Assembly: GCF_056746865.1 (NCBI RefSeq)
Contig: NZ_CM163382.1
DNA: 64,000 nucleotides
Strand: one strand, 5' to 3'
In this document: positions 55,225 through 64,000 of the stretch, piece after piece
How the letters are laid out: every line of letters begins with the position of its first letter
How positions within the stretch are numbered: the stretch's first letter is position 1
The notes under the pieces: model-generated
What the model saw: only the letters and a program-made list of their open reading frames with translations
Database searches by the model: none
Told to the model about the DNA's origin: nothing
Translations under genes and position numbers: made by a program

Positions 55225-55365
55225 ATGACTAAAGTACGTAATTGCGTTCTTGATGCACTTTCCATCAACGTCAACAACATCATTAGCTTGGTCGTGGGTA
55301 CTTTCCCTCAGGACCCGACAGTGTCAAAAACGGCTGTCATCCTAACCATTTTAACAGCAACATAA
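55225..55365 (+). CDS. yjjY: small protein YjjY (46 aa)
   Basis: ATG 55225 to TAA 55363..55365 reads MTKVRNCVLDALSINVNNIISLVVGTFPQDPTVSKTAVILTILTAT; below the ORF-track length cut-off. Confidence 0.55.
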   Translation: MTKVRNCVLDALSINVNNIISLVVGTFPQDPTVSKTAVILTILTAT

Positions 55366-55764
55366 CAGGCTAAGAGGGGCCGGACACCCAATAAAACTAC
55401 GCTTCGTTGACATATATCAAGTTCAATTGTAGCACGTTAACAGTTTGATGAAATCATCGTATCTAAATGCTAGCTTTCGTCACATTATTTTAATAATCCA
55501 ACTAGTTGCATCATACAACTAATAAACGTGGTGAATCCAATTGTCGAGATTTATTTTTTATAAAATTATCCTAAGTAAACAGAAGGATATGTAGCATTTT
55601 TTAACAATTAAACCGTTAGTACAGTCAGGAAATAGTTTAGCCTTTTTTAAGCTAAGTAAAGGGCTTTTTCTGCGACTTACGTTAAGAATTTGTAAATTCG
55701 CACCGCATAATAAGTTGACAGTGATCACCCTGTTCGCGGTTATTTGGTCAAGAAGAGTGGCAAT

Positions 55765-56451
55765 ATGCGTATAACGATTATTCTGGTCGCACCCGCCAGA
55801 GCAGAAAATATTGGGGCAGCGGCGCGGGCTATGAAAACGATGGGGTTTAGCGAACTGCGGATTGTCGATAGTCAGGCACATCTGGAGCCAGCTACTCGCT
55901 GGGTCGCACATGGATCTGGTGATATTATTGATAATATTAAAGTTTTCCCGACACTGGCTGAATCGTTACACGATGTCGATTTCACTGTTGCCACCACTGC
56001 GCGCAGTCGGGCGAAATATCATTACTACGCTACGCCAGTAGAACTGGTGCCGCTGTTAGAGGAAAAATCTTCATGGATGAGCCATGCCGCGCTGGTGTTT
56101 GGTCGCGAAGATTCCGGGTTGACTAACGAAGAGTTAGCGTTGGCTGACGTTCTTACTGGTGTGCCGATGGTGGCGGATTATCCTTCGCTCAATCTGGGGC
56201 AGGCGGTGATGGTCTATTGCTATCAATTAGCAACATTAATACAACAACCGGCGAAAAGTGACACAACGGCAGACAAACATCAACTGCAAGCTTTACGCGA
56301 ACGAGCCATGGCACTGCTGACGACTCTGGCAGTGGCAGATGACATAAAACTGGTCGACTGGTTACAACAACGCCTGGGGCTTTTAGAGCAACGAGACACG
56401 GCAATGTTGCACCGTTTGCTGCATGATATTGAAAAAAATATCACCAAATAA
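55765..56451 (+). CDS. yjtD: SpoU/TrmH-family RNA methyltransferase YjtD (LasT)
   Basis: ORF-track frame 55744..56451; start trimmed to ATG 55765 (MRITIILVAPARAENIGAAARAMKTMGF, 228 aa). Confidence 0.85.
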   Translation: MRITIILVAPARAENIGAAARAMKTMGFSELRIVDSQAHLEPATRWVAHGSGDIIDNIKVFPTLAESLHDVDFTVATTARSRAKYHYYATPVELVPLLEEKSSWMSHAALVFGREDSGLTNEELALADVLTGVPMVADYPSLNLGQAVMVYCYQLATLIQQPAKSDTTADKHQLQALRERAMALLTTLAVADDIKLVDWLQQRLGLLEQRDTAMLHRLLHDIEKNITK

Positions 56452-56661
56452 AAAACGCCTTAGTAAGTATTTTTCAGCTTTTCATTCTGACTGCAACGGG
56501 CAATATGTCTCTGTGTGGATTAAAAAAAGAGTGTCTGATAGCAGCTTCTGAACTGGTTACCTGCCGTGAGTAAATTAAAATTTTATTGACTTAGGTCACT
56601 AAATACTTTAACCAATATAGGCATAGCGCACAGACAGATAAAAATTACAGAGTACACAACA

Positions 56662-56730
<69 letters not shown>

Positions 56731-56752
56731 CGCGTACAGGAAACACAGAAAA

Positions 56753-56784
56753 AAGCCCGCACCTGACAGTGCGGGCTTTTTTTT
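56753..56784 (+). terminator. thr attenuator terminator hairpin (AAGCCCGCACCTGACAGTGCGGGCTTTTTTTT)
   Basis: GC-rich stem plus T8 run between thrL and thrA, read from sequence. Confidence 0.9.
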
Positions 56785-56810
56785 CGACCAAAGGTAACGA
56801 GGTAACAACC

Positions 56811-59273
56811 ATGCGAGTGTTGAAGTTCGGCGGTACATCAGTGGCAAATGCAGAACGTTTTCTGCGGGTTGCCGATATTCTGGAAAGCAATGCCAGGCAG
56901 GGGCAGGTGGCCACCGTCCTCTCTGCCCCCGCCAAAATCACCAACCACCTGGTGGCGATGATTGAAAAAACCATTAGCGGCCAGGATGCTTTACCCAATA
57001 TCAGCGATGCCGAACGTATTTTTGCCGAACTTCTGACGGGACTCGCCGCCGCCCAGCCGGGATTCCCGCTGGCGCAACTGAAAACTTTCGTCGACCAGGA
57101 ATTTGCCCAAATAAAACATGTCCTGCATGGCATTAGTTTGTTGGGGCAGTGCCCGGATAGCATCAACGCTGCGCTGATTTGCCGTGGCGAGAAAATGTCG
57201 ATCGCCATTATGGCCGGCGTATTAGAAGCGCGCGGTCACAACGTTACCGTTATCGATCCGGTCGAAAAACTGCTGGCAGTGGGGCATTACCTCGAATCTA
57301 CCGTCGATATTGCTGAGTCCACCCGCCGTATTGCGGCAAGTCGTATTCCGGCTGATCACATGGTGCTGATGGCAGGTTTCACCGCCGGTAATGAAAAAGG
57401 CGAACTGGTGGTGCTTGGACGCAACGGTTCCGACTACTCTGCTGCGGTGCTGGCTGCCTGTTTACGCGCCGATTGTTGCGAGATTTGGACAGACGTTGAC
57501 GGGGTCTATACCTGCGACCCGCGTCAGGTGCCCGATGCGAGGTTGTTGAAGTCGATGTCCTACCAGGAAGCGATGGAGCTTTCCTACTTCGGCGCTAAAG
57601 TTCTTCACCCCCGCACCATTACCCCCATCGCCCAGTTCCAGATCCCTTGCCTGATTAAAAATACCGGAAATCCTCAAGCACCAGGTACGCTCATTGGTGC
57701 CAGCCGTGATGAAGACGAATTACCGGTCAAGGGCATTTCCAATCTGAATAACATGGCAATGTTCAGCGTTTCCGGCCCGGGGATGAAAGGAATGGTTGGC
57801 ATGGCGGCGCGCGTCTTTGCAGCGATGTCACGCGCCCGTATTTCCGTGGTGCTGATTACGCAATCATCTTCCGAATACAGTATCAGTTTCTGCGTTCCAC
57901 AAAGCGACTGTGTGCGAGCTGAACGGGCAATGCAGGAAGAGTTCTACCTGGAACTGAAAGAAGGCTTACTGGAGCCGCTGGCAGTGACGGAACGGCTGGC
58001 CATTATCTCGGTGGTAGGTGATGGTATGCGCACCTTGCGTGGGATCTCGGCGAAATTCTTTGCCGCGCTGGCCCGCGCCAATATCAACATTGTCGCCATT
58101 GCTCAGGGATCTTCTGAACGCTCAATCTCTGTCGTGGTAAATAACGATGATGCGACCACTGGCGTGCGCGTTACTCATCAGATGCTGTTCAATACCGATC
58201 AGGTTATCGAAGTGTTTGTGATTGGCGTCGGTGGCGTTGGCGGTGCGCTGCTGGAGCAACTGAAGCGTCAGCAAAGCTGGCTGAAGAATAAACATATCGA
58301 CTTACGTGTCTGTGGTGTTGCCAACTCGAAGGCTCTGCTCACCAATGTACATGGCCTTAATCTGGAAAACTGGCAGGAAGAACTGGCGCAAGCCAAAGAG
58401 CCGTTTAATCTCGGGCGCTTAATTCGCCTCGTGAAAGAATATCATCTGCTGAACCCGGTCATTGTTGACTGCACCTCCAGCCAGGCAGTGGCGGATCAAT
58501 ATGCCGACTTCCTGCGCGAAGGTTTCCACGTTGTTACGCCGAACAAAAAGGCTAACACCTCGTCGATGGATTACTACCATCTGTTGCGTCATGCGGCGGA
58601 AAAATCGCGGCGTAAATTCCTCTATGACACCAACGTTGGGGCTGGATTACCGGTTATTGAGAACCTGCAAAATCTACTCAATGCAGGTGATGAATTGATG
58701 AAGTTCTCCGGCATTCTTTCTGGTTCGCTTTCTTATATCTTCGGCAAGTTAGACGAAGGCATGAGTTTCTCCGAGGCGACCACGCTGGCGCGGGAAATGG
58801 GTTATACCGAACCGGACCCGCGAGATGATCTTTCTGGTATGGATGTGGCGCGTAAACTATTGATTCTCGCTCGTGAAACGGGACGTGAACTGGAGCTGGC
58901 GGATATTGAAATTGAACCTGTGCTGCCCGCAGAGTTTAACGCCGAGGGTGATGTTGCCGCTTTTATGGCGAATCTGTCACAGCTCGACGATCTCTTTGCC
59001 GCGCGCGTGGCGAAGGCCCGTGATGAAGGAAAAGTTTTGCGCTATGTTGGCAATATTGATGAAGATGGCGTCTGCCGCGTGAAGATTGCTGAAGTGGATG
59101 GCAACGATCCGCTGTTCAAAGTGAAAAACGGCGAAAACGCCCTGGCCTTCTATAGCCACTATTATCAGCCGCTGCCGTTGGTGCTGCGCGGATATGGTGC
59201 GGGCAATGACGTTACAGCTGCCGGTGTTTTTGCCGATCTGCTACGTACCCTCTCATGGAAGTTAGGAGTCTGA
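56811..59273 (+). CDS. thrA: bifunctional aspartokinase I / homoserine dehydrogenase I
   Basis: ORF-track frame 56769..59273; start trimmed to ATG 56811 ([20 protein letters not shown], 820 aa). Confidence 0.95.
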   Translation: MRVLKFGGTSVANAERFLRVADILESNARQGQVATVLSAPAKITNHLVAMIEKTISGQDALPNISDAERIFAELLTGLAAAQPGFPLAQLKTFVDQEFAQIKHVLHGISLLGQCPDSINAALICRGEKMSIAIMAGVLEARGHNVTVIDPVEKLLAVGHYLESTVDIAESTRRIAASRIPADHMVLMAGFTAGNEKGELVVLGRNGSDYSAAVLAACLRADCCEIWTDVDGVYTCDPRQVPDARLLKSMSYQEAMELSYFGAKVLHPRTITPIAQFQIPCLIKNTGNPQAPGTLIGASRDEDELPVKGISNLNNMAMFSVSGPGMKGMVGMAARVFAAMSRARISVVLITQSSSEYSISFCVPQSDCVRAERAMQEEFYLELKEGLLEPLAVTERLAIISVVGDGMRTLRGISAKFFAALARANINIVAIAQGSSERSISVVVNNDDATTGVRVTHQMLFNTDQVIEVFVIGVGGVGGALLEQLKRQQSWLKNKHIDLRVCGVANSKALLTNVHGLNLENWQEELAQAKEPFNLGRLIRLVKEYHLLNPVIVDCTSSQAVADQYADFLREGFHVVTPNKKANTSSMDYYHLLRHAAEKSRRKFLYDTNVGAGLPVIENLQNLLNAGDELMKFSGILSGSLSYIFGKLDEGMSFSEATTLAREMGYTEPDPRDDLSGMDVARKLLILARETGRELELADIEIEPVLPAEFNAEGDVAAFMANLSQLDDLFAARVAKARDEGKVLRYVGNIDEDGVCRVKIAEVDGNDPLFKVKNGENALAFYSHYYQPLPLVLRGYGAGNDVTAAGVFADLLRTLSWKLGV

Positions 59274-59274
59274 C

Positions 59275-60207
59275 ATGGTTAAAGTTTATGCCCCGGCTTC
59301 CAGTGCCAATATGAGCGTCGGGTTTGATGTGCTCGGGGCGGCGGTGACACCCGTTGATGGTGCATTGCTCGGAGATGTAGTCACGGTTGAGGCGGCAGAG
59401 ACATTCAGTCTCAATAACCTCGGACGCTTTGCCGATAAGCTGCCGTCAGAACCTCGGGAAAATATCGTTTATCAGTGTTGGGAGCGTTTTTGCCAGGAGC
59501 TGGGTAAGCAAATTCCAGTGGCGATGGCCCTGGAAAAGAATATGCCGATCGGCTCGGGCTTAGGCTCCAGCGCCTGCTCAGTGGTCGCGGCGCTGATGGC
59601 GATGAATGAACACTGCGGCAAGCCGCTTAATGACACCCGTTTGCTGGCTTTGATGGGCGAGCTGGAAGGGCGTATCTCCGGCAGCATTCATTACGACAAC
59701 GTGGCACCGTGTTTTCTTGGTGGTATGCAGTTGATGATCGAAGAAAACGACATCATCAGCCAGCAAGTGCCAGGGTTTGATGAGTGGCTGTGGGTGCTGG
59801 CGTATCCGGGGATTAAAGTCTCGACGGCAGAAGCCAGGGCTATTTTACCGGCGCAGTATCGCCGCCAGGATTGCATTGCGCACGGGCGACATCTGGCAGG
59901 CTTTATTCACGCCTGCTATTCCCGTCAGCCTGAGCTTGCCGCGAAGCTGATGAAAGATGTTATCGCTGAACCCTACCGTGAACGGTTACTGCCAGGCTTC
60001 CGGCAGGCGCGGCAGGCGGTCGCGGAAATCGGCGCGGTAGCGAGCGGTATCTCCGGCTCCGGCCCGACTTTGTTCGCTCTGTGTGACAAGCCGGATACCG
60101 CCCAGCGCGTTGCCGACTGGTTGGGTAAGAACTACCTGCAAAATCAGGAAGGTTTTGTTCATATTTGCCGGCTGGATACGGCGGGCGCACGAGTACTGGA
60201 AAACTAA
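59275..60207 (+). CDS. thrB: homoserine kinase
   Basis: 310-aa [27 protein letters not shown]...; GHMP kinase motif [10 protein letters not shown]. Confidence 0.95.
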   Translation: MVKVYAPASSANMSVGFDVLGAAVTPVDGALLGDVVTVEAAETFSLNNLGRFADKLPSEPRENIVYQCWERFCQELGKQIPVAMALEKNMPIGSGLGSSACSVVAALMAMNEHCGKPLNDTRLLALMGELEGRISGSIHYDNVAPCFLGGMQLMIEENDIISQQVPGFDEWLWVLAYPGIKVSTAEARAILPAQYRRQDCIAHGRHLAGFIHACYSRQPELAAKLMKDVIAEPYRERLLPGFRQARQAVAEIGAVASGISGSGPTLFALCDKPDTAQRVADWLGKNYLQNQEGFVHICRLDTAGARVLEN

Positions 60208-61494
60208 ATGAAACTCTACAATCTTAAAGATCACAATGAGCAGGTCAGCTTTGCGCAAGCCGTAACCCAGGGGTTGGGCAAAAATCAGGGGCTGTTTTTC
60301 CCGCACGACCTGCCGGAATTCAGCCTGACTGAAATTGATGAGATGCTGAAGCTGGATTTTGTCACCCGCAGTGCGAAGATCCTCTCGGCGTTTATTGGTG
60401 ATGAAATCCCGCAGGAAATCCTGGAAGAGCGCGTACGCGCGGCGTTTGCCTTCCCGGCTCCGGTCGCCAATGTTGAAAGCGATGTCGGTTGTCTGGAGTT
60501 GTTCCACGGGCCAACGCTTGCATTTAAAGATTTCGGCGGTCGCTTTATGGCACAAATGCTGACCCATATTGCGGGCGATAAGCCAGTGACCATTCTGACC
60601 GCGACCTCCGGTGATACCGGAGCGGCAGTGGCTCATGCTTTCTACGGTTTGCCGAATGTGAAAGTGGTTATCCTCTATCCACGAGGCAAAATCAGTCCAC
60701 TGCAAGAAAAACTGTTCTGTACATTGGGCGGCAATATTGAAACTGTTGCCATCGACGGCGATTTCGATGCCTGTCAGGCGCTGGTGAAGCAGGCGTTTGA
60801 TGATGAAGAACTGAAAGTGGCGCTGGGGTTAAACTCAGCTAACTCGATTAACATCAGCCGTTTGCTGGCGCAGATTTGCTACTACTTTGAAGCCGTGGCG
60901 CAGTTGCCGCAGGAAGCGCGCAACCAGCTGGTTGTCTCGGTGCCAAGCGGAAACTTCGGCGATTTGACGGCGGGTCTGCTGGCGAAGTCACTCGGTCTGC
61001 CGGTGAAACGTTTTATTGCTGCGACCAACGTGAACGATACCGTGCCACGTTTCCTGCACGACGGTCAGTGGTTACCCAAAGCGACTCAGGCGACGTTATC
61101 CAACGCGATGGACGTGAGTCAGCCGAACAACTGGCCGCGTGTGGAAGAGTTGTTCCGCCGCAAAATCTGGCAACTGAAAGAGCTGGGTTATGCAGCCGTG
61201 GATGATGAAACCACGCAACAGACAATGCGTGAGTTAAAAGAACTGGGCTACACCTCGGAGCCGCACGCTGCCGTAGCTTATCGTGCGCTGCGTGACCAGT
61301 TGCATCCAGGCGAATATGGCTTGTTCCTCGGCACCGCGCATCCGGCGAAATTTAAAGAGAGCGTGGAAGCGATTCTCGGTGAAACGTTGGATCTGCCAAA
61401 AGAGCTGGCAGAACGTGCTGATTTACCCTTGCTTTCGCATAACCTGCCCGCCGATTTTGCTGCGTTGCGTAAATTGATGATGAATCATCAGTAA
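60208..61494 (+). CDS. thrC: threonine synthase
   Basis: 428-aa ORF MKLYNLKDHNEQVSFAQAVTQGLG...; PLP lysine motif FKDFGG. Confidence 0.95.
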   Translation: MKLYNLKDHNEQVSFAQAVTQGLGKNQGLFFPHDLPEFSLTEIDEMLKLDFVTRSAKILSAFIGDEIPQEILEERVRAAFAFPAPVANVESDVGCLELFHGPTLAFKDFGGRFMAQMLTHIAGDKPVTILTATSGDTGAAVAHAFYGLPNVKVVILYPRGKISPLQEKLFCTLGGNIETVAIDGDFDACQALVKQAFDDEELKVALGLNSANSINISRLLAQICYYFEAVAQLPQEARNQLVVSVPSGNFGDLTAGLLAKSLGLPVKRFIAATNVNDTVPRFLHDGQWLPKATQATLSNAMDVSQPNNWPRVEELFRRKIWQLKELGYAAVDDETTQQTMRELKELGYTSEPHAAVAYRALRDQLHPGEYGLFLGTAHPAKFKESVEAILGETLDLPKELAERADLPLLSHNLPADFAALRKLMMNHQ

Positions 61495-61517
61495 CATCTA
61501 TTCATTATCTCAATCAG

Positions 61518-61550
61518 GCCGGGTTTGCTTTTATGCAGCCCGGCTTTTTT
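61518..61550 (+). terminator. intrinsic terminator after thrC (GCCGGG-N15-CCCGGC followed by T6)
   Basis: Hairpin plus T-run read from sequence. Confidence 0.7.
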
Positions 61551-61707
61551 ATGAAGAAAATATGGAGAAAAACGACAGGGAAAAAGGAGAAATTCTCAAT
61601 AAATGCGGTAACTTAGAGATTAGGATTGCGGAGAATAACAACTGCCGTTCTCATCGCGTAATCTCCGGATATCGACCCATAACGGGCAATGATAAAAGGA
61701 GTAACCT

Positions 61708-62004
61708 GTGAAAAAGATGCAATCTATCGTACTCGCACTTTCCCTGGTTCTGGTCGCTCCCATGGCAGCGCAGGCTGCGGAAATTACGCTAGTCCCGTCA
61801 GTAAAATTACAGATAGGCGATCGTGATAATCGTGGCTATTACTGGGATGGCGGTCACTGGCGCGACCACGGCTGGTGGAAACAACATTATGAATGGCGAG
61901 GCAATCGCTGGCACCCATATGGACCGCCGCCACCGCCGCGCCACCATAAGAAAGCTCCTCATGATCATCACGGCGGTCATGGTCCAGGCAAACATCACCG
62001 CTAA
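61708..62004 (+). CDS. yaaX: DUF2502 family secreted protein YaaX
   Basis: 98-aa ORF with signal peptide and W/H/R-rich repeats. Confidence 0.85.
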   Translation: MKKMQSIVLALSLVLVAPMAAQAAEITLVPSVKLQIGDRDNRGYYWDGGHWRDHGWWKQHYEWRGNRWHPYGPPPPPRHHKKAPHDHHGGHGPGKHHR

Positions 62005-62040
62005 ATGACAAATGCCGGGTAACAATCCGGCATTCAGCGC

Positions 62041-62146
62041 CTGATGCGACGCTGGCGCGTCTTATCAGGCCTACGTTAATTCTGCAATATATTGAATCTG
62101 CATGCTTTTGTAGGCCGGATAAGGCGTTCACGCCGCATCCGGCATT
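62041..62146. repeat. REP element pair (BIME) between yaaX and yaaA
   Basis: GCCTGATGCGACGCTGGCGCGTCTTATCAGGCCTAC and GTAGGCCGGATAAGGCGTTCACGCCGCATCCGGCA. Confidence 0.85.
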
Positions 62147-62156
62147 TACTGCAAAC

Positions 62157-62933
62157 TTAACGCTGCTCGTAGCGTTTAAACACCAGTTCACCATTGCTGG
62201 AGGAAGCTTCATCAAAGAAGTAACCTTCGCTATTAAAACCAGTCAGTTGCTCTGGTTTGGTCAGCCGATTTTCAATAATGAAACGACTCATCAGACCGCG
62301 TGCTTTCTTAGCGTAGAAGCTGATGATCTTAAATTTGCCGTTCTTCTCATCGAGGAACACTGGCTTGATAATCTCGGCATTCAATTTCTTCGGCTTCACC
62401 GATTTAAAATACTCATCTGACGCCAGATTTATCACCACATTATCGCCTTGTGCTGCGAGCGCCTCGTTCAGCTTGTTGGTGATGATATCTCCCCAGAATT
62501 GATACAGATCTTTCCCTCGGGCATTCTCAAGACGGATCCCCATTTCCAGACGATAAGGCTGCATTAAATCGAGCGGGCGTAGTACGCCATACAAGCCGGA
62601 AAGCATTCGCAAATGCTGTTGGGCAAAATCGAAATCGTCTTCGCTGAAGGTTTCGGCCTGCAAGCCGGTGTAGACATCACCTTTAAACGCCAGAATCGCC
62701 TGGCGGGCATTCTCCGGCGTGAAATCTGGCTGCCAGTCATTAAAGCGAGCGGCGTTGATACCCGCCAGTTTGTCGCTGATGCGCATCAGCGTGCTAATCT
62801 GCGGAGGCGTCAGTTTCCGCGCTTCATGGATCAACTGCTGGGAATTGTCTAACAGCTCCGGCAGCGTATAGCGCGTGGTGGGCAATGGGCTTTGGTAATC
62901 GAGCGTTTTTGCAGGTGAAATAAGAATCAGCAT
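62157..62933 (-). CDS. yaaA: peroxide stress protein YaaA (DUF328)
   Basis: 258-aa [20 protein letters not shown]... Confidence 0.9.
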   Translation of the reverse strand: MLILISPAKTLDYQSPLPTTRYTLPELLDNSQQLIHEARKLTPPQISTLMRISDKLAGINAARFNDWQPDFTPENARQAILAFKGDVYTGLQAETFSEDDFDFAQQHLRMLSGLYGVLRPLDLMQPYRLEMGIRLENARGKDLYQFWGDIITNKLNEALAAQGDNVVINLASDEYFKSVKPKKLNAEIIKPVFLDEKNGKFKIISFYAKKARGLMSRFIIENRLTKPEQLTGFNSEGYFFDEASSSNGELVFKRYEQR

Positions 62934-63002
62934 ATCCAGTCCTTGCAGGAAATTTATGCCGACTTTAGCAAAAAAAGAGAATGAGTTGATCGATAGTTGT
63001 GA

Positions 63003-64000
63003 TTACTCCTGCGAAACATCATCCCACGCGTCCGGAGAAAGCTGGCGACCGATATCCGGATAACGCAACGGATCAAACACCGGGCGCACGCCGAGTTTAC
63101 GCTGGCGTAGATAATCACTGGCAATGGTATGAACCACAGGCGAGAGCAGTAATATGGCGGTCAAATTGGTAATAGCCATGCAGGCCATAATGATATCTGC
63201 CAGTTGCCACATCAGCGGAAGACTTAGCAAGGTGCCGCCGATGACCGTTGCGAAGGTGCAGATTCGCAGACACCAGATCGCTTTAGGGTTGTTCAGGCGT
63301 AAGAAGAAGAGATTGTTTTCGGCATAAATGTAGTTGGCAACGATGGAGCTGAAGGCAAACAGAATAACCACGAGGGTAACAAACTCCGCACCCCAGGAAC
63401 CCATTAACACCCGCATCGCCTTCTGGATAAGCTGAATACCTTCCAGCGGCATGTAGGTTGTGCCGTTACCCGCCAGTAATATCAGCATGGCGCTTGCCGT
63501 ACAGATGACCAGGGTGTCGATAAAAATGCCAATCATCTGGACAATTCCTTGCGCTGCGGGATGCGGAGGCCAGGACGCAGCCGCCGCTGCCGCGTTTGGC
63601 GTCGACCCCATTCCTGCCTCATTGGAAAACATACTGCGCTGAAAACCGTTAGTAATCGCCTGGCTTAAGGTATATCCCGCCGCGCCGCCTGCCGCTTCCT
63701 GCCAGCCAAAAGCACTCTCAAAAATAGACCAAATGACGTGGGGAAGTTGCCCGATATTCATTACGCAAATTACCAGGCTGGTCAGTACCCAGATTAACGC
63801 CATCAACGGGACAAACCCCTGCATGAGCCGGGCGACGCCATGAAGACCGCGAGTGATTGCCAGCAGAGCAAAGACAGCAAGAATAATGCCTGTCACCAGC
63901 GGGGGAAAATCAAAAGAAAAACTCAGGGCTCGGGCAACGGCGTTCGCCTGAACTCCGCTGAAAATTATGCCGTAGGCGATGAGCAAAAAGAGGGCGAACA
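63003..64000 (-). CDS. yaaJ: alanine/glycine:cation symporter family transporter, 5' end beyond window end
   Basis: Minus-strand open frame from stop at 63003 to window edge (at least 327 aa of multi-pass membrane protein); matches the C-terminal part of YaaJ. Confidence 0.85.
   Translation of the reverse strand, partial: FALFLLIAYGIIFSGVQANAVARALSFSFDFPPLVTGIILAVFALLAITRGLHGVARLMQGFVPLMALIWVLTSLVICVMNIGQLPHVIWSIFESAFGWQEAAGGAAGYTLSQAITNGFQRSMFSNEAGMGSTPNAAAAAASWPPHPAAQGIVQMIGIFIDTLVICTASAMLILLAGNGTTYMPLEGIQLIQKAMRVLMGSWGAEFVTLVVILFAFSSIVANYIYAENNLFFLRLNNPKAIWCLRICTFATVIGGTLLSLPLMWQLADIIMACMAITNLTAILLLSPVVHTIASDYLRQRKLGVRPVFDPLRYPDIGRQLSPDAWDDVSQE

Noticed and set aside
61784-62215. 143-aa minus-strand ORF overlapping yaaX and the REP pair
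   Set aside because: Antisense to yaaX and running through REP palindromes; shadow ORF.

Overview
This window reads as an Escherichia coli-type chromosomal segment, gene-dense on both strands and collinear with the K-12 map from tsr through the deo operon, serB-radA-nadR, slt-trpR, creABCD-arcA and the thr operon to yaaJ, so it spans the conventional K-12 numbering origin. It is preceded by the end of the hpa (4-hydroxyphenylacetate) catabolic cluster, which K-12 lacks. All gene identities and K-12 comparisons are from recognition of the ORF-track proteins and recalled gene order; no database search was run. Starts were trimmed from the ORF track where the track had extended to an upstream in-frame ATG/GTG/TTG. 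Besides the hpa cluster, three things differ from the K-12 arrangement as I recall it: (1) a roughly 4.3 kb accessory insertion between nadR and ettA, carrying a LysR-type regulator divergent from an aldo-keto reductase / SDR / SRPBCC / DUF1471 operon plus a decayed old-yellow-enzyme fragment; (2) the position where I expect yjjJ (between deoD and lplA) holds only a 75-aa XRE-type HTH ORF; (3) lgoT carries an in-frame amber codon. The most plausible candidate for an undescribed system is the nadR-ettA cassette, but it looks like a small-molecule redox/detoxification module of unknown substrate, not a defence or mobile system. Also present are three tandem tRNA-Leu(CAG) genes, several REP/BIME arrays (one a 5-unit tandem array), and classical regulatory sites (thr attenuator, DeoR operators 599 bp apart, trpR operator, Fur boxes). 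No IS elements, integrases, CRISPR arrays or rRNA genes were seen.
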